This document shows positions 12,632 to 25,024 of a stretch of 64,000 nt of DNA, piece by piece. The number at the start of each line of letters is the position of its first letter. Positions within the stretch are counted from its first letter, which is position 1. The DNA is from Vicugna vicugna (taxonomy: Eukaryota): positions 4,696,793 to 4,760,792 of the forward strand of contig MU058423.1 in assembly GCA_013265495.1 (NCBI GenBank). The letters are read 5' to 3'. The notes beneath the pieces are model-generated. The model had not been told where the DNA came from. It saw only the letters and a program-made list of their open reading frames with translations, and made no database searches. The translations under genes were made by a program, and so were the position numbers.

Positions 12632-13190
12632 GCAAGTTCACAAATTCCTTATCTGCAGTTCAGGAATTTGAAAGTTTATTCATCCCTTGAAGGTTTTGGG
12701 AAAAGCCTCTTGGGTGGCAAACCCTGATTTCAACAGATGTGACATGATTTCTACTCTTTTTTTTTTTTTGAACAAACTTTAGTGTGAGTATTAATTTATT
12801 TTATTTATTCTTCTTCTCTAGACTTGTGTGTGGACGTGACATATAATATGGTACAGGGGCTGCATGATCTTCCTAAAATCTGAAAATTCCTGATTTCTAA
12901 AACCCAACTAGTCCACAGTTTTCTTTTTTTTTTTTAATATATTTTTATTAAAGTATAGTCAGTTTACAGTATTGTGTCAACTTCTGGTGTACAGTACAAT
13001 TCTTCAGTCATATAGGAACATACATATATTCGTTCTCATATTCTTTTTAATCATAAGTTGCTACAAGATATTGAATATAGTACCCTGTGCTATACAGTAC
13101 AAACTTGTTGTTTATCTATTTTATCTATAGTAGCTAGTGCCTGCAAATCTCAGCCTCCCAGTTTTTCTTTTAGGGAATTACAAACTTCTG
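12632..13190. mobile_element. MER46C-like Tigger-derived element, interrupted near its right end by an L1
   Basis: CAAGTTCACAAATTCCTTATCTGCA start, GGTGGCAAACCCTGA and CTAAAATCTGAAAATTCCTGA; the residual end TAGGGAATTACAAAC resumes after the L1 at ~13160. Confidence 0.6.
12924..13158 (-). mobile_element. 5'-truncated younger (artiodactyl/camelid-type) L1 3' end
   Basis: Poly-T then TTTATTAAAGTATAGTCAGTTTACAGTATTGTG...TATAGTACCCTGTGCTATACAGTA; CAGTTTT(T)CTTT on both flanks is a likely TSD. Confidence 0.85.
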
Positions 13191-13194
13191 TCAC

Positions 13195-13437
13195 ACACCC
13201 AGGCAGCTACGGTTAATGTTTGGGCTCCCTCTTCTAGAGTGTGGAGTTGTGGCTGGGGTGGTTGCCCATCCAGCCGTTACATTTTCCAGCCTCTCTTCCA
13301 GCAGATGTCATCACATGACTAGCTGTCCCCAGTAGAATATGAGCATAAGTGAGAAATGTCACTTCTTGGCCAAGACTTTCTCAAGAAGCAGGTGGGGCAG
13401 GTGGGCGGGCTGGCTGGCTGGCTGGCTTGCTTTCTTG

Positions 13438-13492
<55 letters not shown>

Positions 13493-13735
13493 TCACCTTT
13501 CTTTCGCCTTTCTTTCCCCTTCTGCTGGCAGGAAGCAGAGGACTGACTCCAAGGCCCAAGGAGAAGGCAGAACCACAGGGTGGGAGGAACCTGGGTCCAT
13601 GACTCACTAGCGGGAGAAAGCTACTCACTGCCCAGAGACGGCCGCATTGCGTTGCTAAGTGAGTAAGAAATCAGTTTCTTTACTGTAAAAGCCTGAATTT
13701 TTAGCGTTTGTTACAGCACCGTAGATAAATATATG
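13195..13735 (+). mobile_element. MaLR LTR (MLT1J/I-like) containing a compound microsatellite
   Basis: ACATTTTCCAGCCTC...CATGACTAG...GTGAGAAATGTCACTTC; GGAACCTGGGTCCATGA; TTTGTTACAGCA near the end. Confidence 0.7.
13408..13494. repeat. Compound (GGCT)n-(TTTC)n microsatellite
   Basis: Directly visible. Confidence 0.95.
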
Positions 13736-14624
13736 TTCTATCTTGTCATTATGGGTTGTTTTCTGATTATTGAAAATACGTAATTACTATCTCTGAGTAG
13801 ATTACACATTTTGTGAGGAAAGCTATTGTGTTTTATGCATGTATCTAGTCAGTTGTACCAGAAAAGAGGTACGATAAAGAGACTGCTTTTTTTTATATAA
13901 TTGATAGAATTATCTGAACTTTGGAAATTGAGAAATTGTGTTAAAATGTAGTGTCATTAACAAGTTGTGTAGCTTTGAACATTCCACGATCTTTTTGAGC
14001 CTTGGTCTTGATGCAACAGAAACAATGATATTTGCGTGGAGGACCTTTATTACAATTACAGCATATGGACTAGAAACATCTAGCAAATATCAGTTAGCTT
14101 TGCAAAAAGTTGTGTTCAACAAGTATAATGTTTTATACTTTGGTGCTCTAAAATGCTTTCTGAAAGACAAAACAGTAACCACTGGAAATATATAGTAACT
14201 TGCAACTTATTATTTTATATCATTTTATTGACATGACAACTTTGAGGGGTTAGCAGTATTATTATTACAATCAAAAACTAAGTGGCTCAGAAGTTCTTCA
14301 AACTCATAAATAAGTATATCAGAGGTGGAAGCTAATTCTTCTGACATCAAATCCCATGCTTCTTCCACCACAACAAAATCTTAAAATAGACAGGTTCTCC
14401 TTTTTCTTTTCTATTCTTGGGCAAGTATTTGCAGAAACTACTTCAATATTGCTATTTTGCTTGTATAAACCCAGGAATAACTGCATAGACTGGGTATAAA
14501 TCTTAAGCACATATTTATCTATGCGTCTGGGCATGGATTTGCTTGGTCAGCATAAGAAAATCTATCGATCACTTCTCTGGTTTATTAGAGCAGGTCTGTT
14601 GAAGTTGTGAAGGTATTTATAAGA

Positions 14625-14865
14625 ATTATAACATCTTTGAGTACTTAGCACATACTAGATACTCTTGTCAAAGTTTTACATACATTAATTCGTTTTATAT
14701 TCACAACAACCCTATAAACTAGTTAATGTAACTGTAGCCATTTTACATATGAGAAGACTGAGGCACAGCACCATGAGGTAACTTTTTCAAGGTCACATGG
14801 CTGGAAGTGGCAGATCCAGGGTTCCGACTTCCTGTGCCCAGATCCTGTACTATGAACCAGGACAT
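14625..14865 (-). mobile_element. MIR SINE
   Basis: TCACAACAACCCTATAA...CATTTTACATATGAGAAGACTGAGGCACAG...CAAGGTCACATGGCTGGAAGTGGCAGA. Confidence 0.85.
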
Positions 14866-15674
14866 CAAGTCTCTCAGCATGTGCCAATATATACGTAACT
14901 GATGATAATTTTTTGTTCTACTCAATCAATGAAATGGAATGTACAGCTTGATGCCAAAATTGAGTGTCTAGGGTGGAATTCTGAAAGTCTTGGAAATTGA
15001 CTTTGGATCTAGAACATTGCAACCTAACCATATTTTTATATGTATTTTATCAAAACTGGTCTCTGTCTCAATGAATATTGGAGACTCACGTTCCATAGCA
15101 AGTCCTAACAGGGGGAAGGATGTTTAAAGGCAGAGTGGGAGAGGAATTCAGGGGCAGGAGAGGCCCATATTCGGAGGTAAAGAGACATAGAGGTAAGAGA
15201 AACAGAGGAAAATGGACACAGATTGGGGACCCAGATGCCACAAGAGTCAGCAGAAGGAATGGCTGACACATGACATTGACAAAACTGGAGGGAGAGGATT
15301 CCCGCGTTAAACACGGTGCGTGGGATCCGGGAAACGAGCAAGAAGAGACGAGGAAAATAATGCTGAGTGTGTTAGTTCCCCTGCAGAAGAGCTGTGACTT
15401 CATCACTGCCTTAAGTGCTGCTTTCTTCCACTGAGTTTTCACGGCCGTGGCTATCACCCCATCCCATATTCCCATGAGATGTCCTCACAGGCGGGTCCTT
15501 CGGAAAAACTCGCAAAATTGCTAATACTATAATGCTGATATGTTTCTGCTCTTGAGATTTTTCAGGGTTCTTTCAGACACTCAATCACCGTATAACTTTA
15601 GCGAGTACCTTTCTCATGTTTTGAAATTGTCTATCCTTTATTTAGCTCTCTGTCCTCTTTCGTGCATGAATGTA

Positions 15675-15935
15675 GGAGGTATTACAGTAAATTAATTAAA
15701 GGGCAAACTCTGGGAGCCAGACAGATGTGGATTATAATCTTTGCCCATCCACTTTCTAGCCTTGTGACCTTGAGCATGTTACATAACCTCTCTAAATCTT
15801 AGTTACATCATTTGTAAGCTGGGGAATAATAAAAGTACCCACTTCATAAAACTGCAGTGATAGTTTAATGAAATAATGTTTGTAAATCACTCAGTGCAGT
15901 GCCTGGCCCATAATTAGTGCTCAATAAATACAGAC
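15675..15935 (+). mobile_element. MIR SINE, near full length
   Basis: CTCTGGGAGCCAGAC...TGTGACCTTGAGCATGTTACATAACCTCTCT...GTGCCTGGCCCATAATTAGTGCTCAATAAAT. Confidence 0.85.
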
Positions 15936-16139
15936 TCTTATTAAACTGATGGTGCACTTTGTGAAGTTGATTTACCTTTCAGAATGAGCAATGTCACTCT
16001 CTTCTTGCTGGCAGGAATGAGCTCACCAAATATATTCTAGCAGTGCCACTGTTGCCTGGGCCAAAGTCCAGTGACTGGAATGGGTCTGAGGAGAAGTTGG
16101 CTGAGTTGGCCGAGTCCAGTATGAGACACTGAATGGGTG

Positions 16140-16420
16140 GGATCTGGGAAGCTCCCCCTGGTTGAGCCCAAAGAAACACCGCCCCTATCTTAGTGAAACA
16201 TGCCCCGCCAAAGGAATAAAACACAGAATAGTTTGAACCAAGAGCAATTAAGTACAATGACAGATGTGAGCCTGCGGCCGCCAGCCAATGTACTAGAGAC
16301 GTACTCACTCCAGGCCGCAAAGATCCCATGGTTCAAATTTAAACAGAGAGGAAGCGTTGCAAGAAGCATCGCAAAGCCTGCATTGTACAGAAGCGTGAAT
16401 GAGACGCTTTTCACCCCAAG
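16140..16420. promoter_or_regulatory. Candidate promoter/enhancer patch (GC boxes, CCAAT, retained CpGs)
   Basis: CCGCCC near 16178, CCCCGCC near 16203, GCGGCCGC at 16274-16281 and CCAAT at 16285-16289, in non-repeat DNA. Confidence 0.35.
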
Positions 16421-17329
16421 CCTTGAATGAATTGAGTATAGTTTCAGAGAGAAATAATGTGAAGGGGAAAATCCTTTTAGGTTTTCTGTTTTCCTTCCTT
16501 TAATTGTTAAATAACCCAAATTCTCAGCGAGAGAAAAAAATATCCCCATTCCCTGGCCCTACGGTGGATGTGAGACCAAGAAGTGATTGTTAAATATTTA
16601 CACCCTTGGGCTTCATGTGAGCGATTACAATCACTTCAAGCCCACAGGCCTCCATCAATTTTATGAATGTCATTAATCTCGTCTCTTCACCATCGTGGCC
16701 TTCGGTTTTTGCTCTCTCCTCCACCTTGCTTGTCCTTGATGGTAAAGAGCAAGGCATGTTCCCTCTCAGAGAGGGAGAGGAGCCTCTTCCCTTCTCCTGA
16801 TCAGCACAGGTCCGCTCTGTAGACACTTCGTGGGTCAGTTTTCCTGCGAATTCTCATCACTACTTTTACCGAAGCGTTTGGAACTAAGGCATCTTCCTTT
16901 CCTTTGCCACAAACATTTTACCTTTTAAAAACTTTAAAAGTGACATCTCAGGGTTTCCTTGGGCACCAGGGGAGGACAGAGCTAAAAGAAAAGGCTTGGC
17001 TGTGGATTAAGTAAGTTTGAGGAGTCGGGGTTAGGAATGGATCTGCCAGGGGGATAGAAAGTCGTTGCTGCCAAGTTCACAGGCTTGAAACCTGAATGGC
17101 AGAGTACAGATTCAGGGAGCCACAACTATTGATTAACCTAGAAGCTGTGCTTTGGTCATTCCTACATTTATCACTTATTTGCTCATTTAATAAGCATTTA
17201 TTAAGCTCCTACTCTGTACAGAATTCTAAGGATGAAACAGTGAATCCTGCAGATGCTCTGACCTTCTAGCACTTTTCATTTGGGCTAGGAAGGAGACCTA
17301 GAAAAAGGCACCGTTAATTCTCACTAGAC

Positions 17330-17720
17330 GCTCCGTAGCTTTACTTCAAGAGGAGGGAGGACTTTGAAACGATGAGATATGCTGGTGTTCAGCTGCCCTG
17401 CGCGGCCAGTGGCTAAGTGGCAGCCGCAGAGTCGCCACCGGAGCGCGAAAGCTCTCCCGGGAGGGCGATCACACATGTCGTTTTGCCTGGGGGTGGCTTT
17501 GGTTTATACCTTTTGTACCAGGTGAAGCTGTTAATCCAGCCCCTTTCACTGTCCCAAGTGAACGGCTGGTTTCTGGCAGCTCCTTTGCCTCTCTTAGTAC
17601 TGGACGCTCCTCTGTCTCTTGCTCTCTGGCCCTCACTTTTCCCCCGCCCCACAGAAAAGAAGGGAGTTCAGGGCAGGACCCTCTACCCTGAACCCCCAAG
17701 GTGAGAACTGTCAGAGGACG
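17330..17720. promoter_or_regulatory. GC/CpG-rich patch (weak CpG-island-like) with a candidate small exon at 17655-17700
   Basis: Dense CpGs at 17395-17480 (GCGCGGCC, GCCGCAGAGTCGCCACCGGAGCGCG); pyrimidine tract + CAG acceptor ending 17654 and AAG|GTGAGA donor at 17701. Confidence 0.4.
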
Positions 17721-17889
17721 GAAGAGGAGTGGTGGGAAAGTTTAGCTCTGGGGTTGGGAGCTGACCTTGAACTGAGGAAAGGGCTGAAGGGATGCGCAAT
17801 ATAAGTCTTCTTTAATTAGCCTTTGCTCCGGGTTTCCTTGTATGTTTTGTGCAGAACATTTATATAACATATTATAGATAGTCCATGAA

Positions 17890-18110
17890 TGCAGAGAGAC
17901 TTCTGGTCATTTATGCTTAGTAAATGCTGTATTAAGCAAAGATAAGCAGGTTTCTTTCCTCAGGATTTCTTGTAGCCTTTAAGGTGCTGGACCAGCACGT
18001 GATGTCTGCACCGTGCTGTAACCCATGCGCTGTGTGCCCAGCCTGAGCTCCCCCGCTCTGGAGCCCTCTGCTCAGGGAGCATCTGGCAGGGTGGGCACTC
18101 CTTTCAGGAG
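17890..18110. mobile_element. hAT-Charlie MITE (MER112-like), degraded
   Basis: AAATGCTGTATTAAGCAAAGATAAGCAGGTTTCTTTCCTCAGGATTTCTTGTAGCCTTTAA resembles the recalled consensus. Confidence 0.5.
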
Positions 18111-19984
18111 GCCCAGCTCTGGGCCCTGAGCTCCAGAGGTTGCTGCCTGTAGAGAAAAGTTTTCTTTAATCATCCACGGGCCGCCCTTTAGTGACCTTAC
18201 TGGACTTTCCACTCAGCTGCCACATGTCTCTGGCTGTTGTTGCTTTGTTTGTTTTTCGGAATGGTCAGTGGACCTGAAAAATGTTTGCATAAGGAAGTCT
18301 AGATCTCTCATCCTCTACTTAAGGAAATGGAAGCACAGAAATATGAAGTAAAGAGCCCCATTAAAAAAAAATCAAAGTTTATTATTTGTCACTGTGAGTT
18401 CCCCTTGGGCTGTTACCCACGGTCAGTATAGGGCAGCAGACGACTGCTCGGGGAGGGAGTCCGGACACCTGGATCTTCATACTTTGCCATTGACTACTTA
18501 GTCATGGGACTTCACAAAAGCCCAAGGTGGCCAGTTTTTCTTCATTATAATGAAGGCATTGTGGGATTTAGCTGTGTTGGCTGTTTTTTAGTTCCAAATT
18601 CCATGTTTTGATATTATAAGCTTTCTTTTGTGCCCGGTATGTAGATGATTCTGGAACAACAAGGACTAAGCAGTTCGCTTTGGCGTGAATGACGTCAGGA
18701 GCAGAGGTGGGGTCCTAGAGGTGACCTTGTCAGTGTCTTGGTCCACTAACCCCTTTCGACAGAGCTCTGCCTTCGTTTTCACGTCCTTTGAAGTTTCTCA
18801 AGGTACAAAGTAACTCATAAAAAGTTCAGCCTGATGCCCCGTGCCAGTATTTCTCCCACAGAGGGGTCTCCAGTTGCATTGCAGACTGCAGACTTGAACA
18901 TATCATAAAAGCTCAGTGACACCACCCCCCCTCCAGATTTAAGAAATTCAGGTCAGAATATAATGAAAGTAGATGTGATGTTCTCAAGAGAGTGGAAAGA
19001 CTGAACATATTAATGACTAGTCCTCCTTCCTCCAGAGCTCTCTCCCACTAAAGATCAAGTCCCAGCCTTTCTCTAATATTAATGAATTACTTTCAAAATT
19101 TATACGGATAAATAAATCACTCAGCGAATCATGAAACACTGAAAACAGGAAAGGGGCGGTCTGACAAACCCAAGCCTTGCAACTGCTTTGATTTATTTTG
19201 TCTATGCGCCGGAGGGCCAACACAGGTCATTTTCCCGTGTGAGGGTAATTATCCCAGATTGGCCATCCTGGGCGAGGACCCCCGGAGCTGCTGGCTGACC
19301 TTGCACCTTTATCTCTGAGTTCGTGTCAACGCACTGCTGGAGAGAAATCCTGTGTCGCAGAGAACTGCTGTCTTCTTCCCCCACACTTGCTTGGGATCGC
19401 TTGCTTTGTTTCATTCTCCAGAAGAATTAAAAGCAGGTAGTAAAAAGTCAAGAACCTAAAAAATAGTCCACTCAGTTAAGTTAAGCTTCAGATTCCAATG
19501 CTGTGTTTTGGTCATAGCCAAGATCTAAGTCTGCCTGGATCTAAGTGAGGGCAGATACTTTAAACCCTAAAATTGTCATGTGTCTGGGGCCTGAGGTATA
19601 AGTGGCTAATAAAAAGTCAACTTGGATTAGCGAGAAGCCACTCTCTAATAGAGCTGATGTGCAATCAAGCGGATCAGTAGAGGGGCTATGAAACTGATCT
19701 TCTCTTACAGCCAAAGGGGCATTTCAAAGAGAGCCAAATGCTTTAGAGGAATTTCAGAAAGCCGCATCTCGCAAACACAGCTTAATGCCTTCTGTAACTG
19801 GTTGGGGACGTGCCCAATTGTTTGAGATGGCCTCGTTTTCTTCTTTAACTTTTGATTTTGTTCTGCTCGCTCTTTCTTTGTAGCTCTATATTACATTTAC
19901 AAAAATGAAACCTTGTACGTACACACTGTTCGGTGACCTGCTCATTTCGTGTAGTGGTAATCGTGACTTTGGGCCATTTTGCTC

Positions 19985-20170
19985 CAGGTATTATAGCTCA
20001 GGGCTGAAGCACGAAACTGCCTGGGTTTGAACCCCAAATCTTTCACTTATGAGCTTTGCGCCTTTGAACAAGTTACTGTACACAGCTGTGCCGCACTGTC
20101 ATCGTCTAGAAAATGGGGATGCTAATAGTGCCTTACTTATAAGGCAGTGACGAGAATTAAATGGTGTGAG
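19985..20170 (+). mobile_element. MIR SINE
   Basis: ACTGCCTGGGTTTGAACCCC...AACAAGTTAC...AAAATGGGGATGCTAATAGTGCC. Confidence 0.8.
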
Positions 20171-21379
20171 GTCTGATGTAGGTGACATGCATACATCTGT
20201 CATTTTTTCCTAATCTCCAAGTCACTTTTCATTTTATGCATGTACCCTAACTTATTTAATCATTCTGCAGCTGATGGTCATTTGAGTTATTTCTTAATAT
20301 TTTTTTTCTTCATGGGGAATATCTTCTGTGCACCTTGGGGCTTCTAACTCTTAAGATCCTTTTTCATATTTAATCATTGTCTTCTCTTGTAAATATTCAA
20401 CTGTATTCCTTCCCTTTTCATCTCCCCTGCCCATCACACTTTCTATCTGTAATTAAAATAGGGAGTGATTTTCTGACTATAGAGACAGCGATCAGTTCAC
20501 ATATGTGCTCTTTTAAAAGGTCCATTGTCTAGAGGCTTTGAGTGTTGCCATCCATGCATTTAACTATCGCCCAGTGAGCTCACCCCATTCCTTTACTTAG
20601 GTCACAATGAGAGCAGAAGTGGACATCTTCTTAGCAGTTTATTCTTACCATCAAATAATCTCACTCTTCATCTATCACATTTCCAGCTGACATTTCACAT
20701 TAGGGGTCACTCCGCTTCTGACTTCTATAACTCCACTCCTACTACTCTTTCTTGACCACTTCTCTCTCCCATGTGTGCTGGGAATAGGTTAAAGCAGATA
20801 AATGAGATACAGTCCTCTGTAGGAGGGAAGGCAGCAGATACGGCTGGACTCCTCACAAGACTTGACACAAAAACTATTTGAAAATGAACAAAAAGAAGTA
20901 AGCCTGTGATGACGACACAGTGCGAGAATCCCTATGACCAAAGAGTTGTAGAAAGGGAAGCAGGAAGACAGAACCTTACTTACTCACTGCCTCTGGGTCT
21001 ATGAGACAAAGCACCTCAGGCTGAAGACATAGTTGGAAATGCCACTTTCTATGGAAGAGGAAGCTTGAGCCTGACATTCTGTTAGAAGAAAGAAATAGGA
21101 AAAAATAAGGATAGGAAAAAAGTCAATACACTGAAAGCCATTTAAAATTCAAGTCATTGTCATGTTTACAATTAAGAAATAAAAGTACATATAAAAGTCA
21201 ACTTTCTCTTGAATTATTTTTCAAATAACAACAACTTTATAATGATTTGATAAGTAATAATTGCTTTTCAAGTATTTTTCCCCAAGGGATATCAAAATGT
21301 TACATCTGGAAAGACTTACTGAATTAAAACATAGGTAGAAAAGTAGGAGAAACAGAAACTGTGAATAATTCAAAGTTAT

Positions 21380-21545
21380 GCAACCATGGGTTTGAGTCTC
21401 TGACTCAAACTGTATGTCTTTAGGCAAGTTATTAGACCTCTCTGGACTTCTGATTCTTCATCAGAAAATGGAGGTTGTGAGGATTAAACATAAAGAATGC
21501 AAAAGAACTCATCATAATGCTTGGTGCTTGATAATGTTGCTTTTC
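21380..21545 (+). mobile_element. MIR fragment
   Basis: TAGGCAAGTTATTAGACCTCTCTGGACTTC...GTTGTGAGGATTAAA. Confidence 0.7.
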
Positions 21546-21925
21546 ACTTCAAACAGATTTCTTGAAATGCTCAAGTTTCCAAAATCATATGCACCAAGCG
21601 AATAGTAAATTCTCAATAATTTTGAACTTTTCCAAAAGAAAAATTATACTTTATTATCAATAAATGCTGAATTTCCTGTTGATTTCTTGCTGTCCTTCCA
21701 CCCCTCAAGGAACAAAAGAGAATTCCATTTCCTATTATCTAAATAATCATGACACACACACAAAAGGGCTTAATGAACATTGCTGTGAGTTTTGGGAATT
21801 CTACCAACCCAGGATAGAAGACAGTGAGAGACATATATCAGTTTTTATTATTATTGTCACCAGATTTCAATGTTTACAACTCAATAACTATAATTGCACA
21901 TATAAACCAAAATTACATCTGTTTT

Positions 21926-22418
21926 TGCAGCAGAAACTGTCAGTTGCTCCCTCTTCTTGGTAGTAAGATCCCAGCTTTGTGCCCAGACTCCTCCTAGGGA
22001 AGGGGTCTTGCTGAACCTAAGGAAATTACAGCAATTCCTTTTCCCCCTTTTCAGCCTGCCCTGCCCATGGGGTTGTCTGTTGAATCAATTCTGACCTTTG
22101 ATACTTAAAGAGAAATCTGGTTTTTTGGGTGGAGGAGGAGTAAAGAACTATAAGGAATGTAAGTGAAAATGCACAGATTGCACTCATTTTCTGCCTTGAA
22201 TACTGCAGCTATCTTGTGACCATGAGGTGACAATCAGAACGGAAAGGCCAAGGGAATTCCAGAGCCATAGGTCCCCAAGTGTTGAGCCACTGAACCAACA
22301 TTAGCAGCCACTTGCTTCCAGATTTCTTTTATCCAAGAAAAATAATTTCCTATTCATTTAAGCCTCTGAAAAGCTGAGTTTTCTGTAACTTTCTTTGAAA
22401 TCATTTCTATTGCATACA
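21926..22418 (+). mobile_element. Old MaLR LTR (MLT1K/L-like)
   Basis: TGCAGCAGAAACTG start; GCAGCTATCTTGTGACCATGAGG; TTGAGCCACTGAACCAAC; TTTAAGCC...TTTTCTGTAACTT...ATACA end. Confidence 0.65.
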
Positions 22419-22741
22419 GTTAACAAGTTTGATCTTAAATTATTTAATTTATATATCACAAATAATTGTTAACTAGTAATTTATTCCCTCAAGATGCTTT
22501 GATTATCTGTTTATCCATCTGGCCACTCATCCATTGATCTATCATCTACCCTCAATCTATTTATTATTTCAGAAATGGAGAAATTTCTATTGATTTAACT
22601 TGCCATGTCTATGAACAGTAACTATTCAAACCTTATTTTTTTCGGAGAGGTATCACCTGATATCTCTAAAACAGTAAGACCCTCTTTGCTCTTTGTGGCA
22701 TTCATTATTTTATATGGGCATATGTGATTTTTTTCATCTAA

Positions 22742-22830
22742 ATTTATTTTTTAGTGGAGGCACTGGGGGTTGAACCCAGGACCTCACCCGTGCTAGGCAT
22801 ATATCCACCATTAAGCTATACCCCTACCCC
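22742..22830 (-). mobile_element. Short vic-1-type SINE
   Basis: Reverse complement GGGGTAGGGGTATAGCTTAATGGTGGATATATGCCTAGCACGGGTGAGGTCCTGGGTTCAACCCCCAGTGCCTCC, then A-rich tail. Confidence 0.8.
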
Positions 22831-23254
22831 ACCTTTTAAACTAAAAGTTAAGCTTTAGGAAAATGAAGAATGTTTCTGTTTTGCTCACATTTGTGTATTT
22901 AATTCTAATTCAGGGCTTAAGCAGATAGGCATGTTAACACGTGTTTACCCAAGCCCTAATGTGAGCCTGGCATCAGCACATCAGAGAAGAATCAAGGGCT
23001 TCCTCCTTAGTAGCCTTTCCCTCCCTCTGTCCTGCATTCTCTTCCTGCCTTGGGCAGCGGCATCATGGTACAGTGAAGGCCCACGTGCTTTCCCAGAACC
23101 TTCCTCTCCAGGTCACTCTAAACGGTTGGTCTCTCCACATCCTTTTTCTCCCAGTGTCCAGTGCTCAGCCAACTGTTTCAGAGAAAGAAATTTTGTTCCT
23201 TTTTTTTTTCAGTGTTAATTCATTTATGATTACTCTGGGTGACCTGTGCTTACA

Positions 23255-23505
23255 AATAACAATAGTGGCAACAGTAATAATAACACTTACCACTTACTAG
23301 GTGCCAGATATCATTGTAAGCAATTTAAGTGTGTGACTTATTTAATAACCAAAATAACTCTATGAAATAGCTTGCTATAATTACCCTCAGGTTGCAGATA
23401 AGAAAACTGAGGCTCGAGGTTAAAAATTTTGCCCTCAGTCACACCGCCAGTTGTGCTGGAGCTGGGCTTAAACCTACGAAGCTACATTCTTAACCTATGA
23501 AGTCA
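23255..23505 (-). mobile_element. MIR SINE
   Basis: CACTTACTAGGTGCCAG...CAGATAAGAAAACTGAGGCTC...TTGCCCTCAGTCACAC. Confidence 0.8.
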
Positions 23506-23509
23506 CACA

Positions 23510-23703
23510 AGTGATTCTCAAAGTGAGATCCCCAGACTAGCAGCATCCACATCACCTGAGAACTTGTTAGTAATGCAAACTATTGAACCTCAACCTCCCA
23601 GACCTGCTGAATCAAAAACTCTGGGGTTGGAAGCCCAGCAATCTGTGTTTTAACAAGGCTCTCCAAATCATTTTGTTTTGCGCAGTGAAGTCAGAGAATC
23701 AAC
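23510..23703. mobile_element. MER5A hAT-Charlie MITE
   Basis: AGTGATTCTCAAAGTG...CAGCATCCACATCACCTGAGAACTTGTTAG...CCCAGACCTGCTGAATCAAAAACTCTGGGG...TCTGTGTTTTAACAAG. Confidence 0.85.
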
Positions 23704-25024
23704 ACAGCACACCATGCTGTCTTACAAAGCGTGATCGCTTGATGGCAAAACTTGATGACTGCTGACTCAAAAACTAATTATCTCCCCAAACTCCAAGGAA
23801 TGGAAAGTTGATATTACTTTTAGATAGGGACTGGCTGCCTTCTCGCTTCCTTTAATCATAGGAGATGAATGAATGATAATCTTTCTATAGGTGTGTAGGA
23901 CATCGTGGGAATTAAAGCAACAGTATATAGGATGTCCACCTAGATAAAAAATTTTAAAAAAGACATATTTGAAAATAAAGAAGAAATAAAGGACAGTGAC
24001 CAAATCTTTAAATTGTAGGCTGGCTTTTCCCAGTGCCAGTTATAAATCTGCGCTTTTTCTCCCTGTCATTACCTGGGTAGAATAAGGAAATGTAAGCTAA
24101 TTGCTTTATTAAATTAAGAAAAGCATAATAAGGTAACTGAGCTGTGCCAAAAATATATAATACACTCATTAGTTCAATGTACCTGGGATTTGAATTTTTT
24201 GCTCATTTGTATTATTTGCGCCATGCCTAAACACTTCTTTTAGCTCAGGTAATCAAGTCTCGAATGTATGTGCATGTGCAGTCGGGGCTAATTGGTGTAA
24301 TTAAGGTATATATAATGGCTTTAGCTGGTTAATGTCTGAAGGGAGCAGAAAAAACAAGCAAATTCATGAAGTGGGTTTTAGATTAGCATCTATACCCAAG
24401 ATAATTTTTTTTTCAGCAAGAAATTCAGTCTTCATTATGGCCTTCAGTTAATAAAGATGTGGTTTGATTTCACAAGTGAACTTGCTTCACCCTGAGGAGT
24501 CCAGTTTAGCAAAGACATTTTATATAAACTATTAGCAGCCCAAAGCAGAAGCTTTTGGTTAAATGATACTCTGATAGTATAAAGTAAACTAGAAATATTA
24601 ATTACACAGTGAACTTACCAATTCTTTTTTACTTCCTCTGTGAACATGTTGCATTAACTTTATTTCTTCACTTCATTTTGTTTTATATTCTGCCTGATTT
24701 CAGAAAAGATTTGAGGCTATTTATAGAAATAAGTGCTCAATGATTAGAAAAAATTGTAATGAAATCAGGGAGAAAGGAAAGTGAGTGTTGGTTTAAAAAT
24801 GATACCTTTGCCCTTGCACTAAGTAAATTTATCATACAGTGAAGTTCAAGTCCAAGAAACACATATGGAGCCTCTAGGCCGTTCAAGGTATATTTTCAAT
24901 CCTGTCTTGAAGAATCTTATAGTTCAGCCTGGGAGTGAGGTGGTAATGGAAATAGACACTTTAAAATCTTTATTTCCTCCTCAGTTCTTTCAGCATAGCT
25001 ATGGGTAAAATCAAGAAATTGTCA

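Noticed and set aside
13339..13628. Overlapping hydrophobic or K/E/R-rich ORFs
   Set aside because: Artefacts of translating the (TTTC)n microsatellite.
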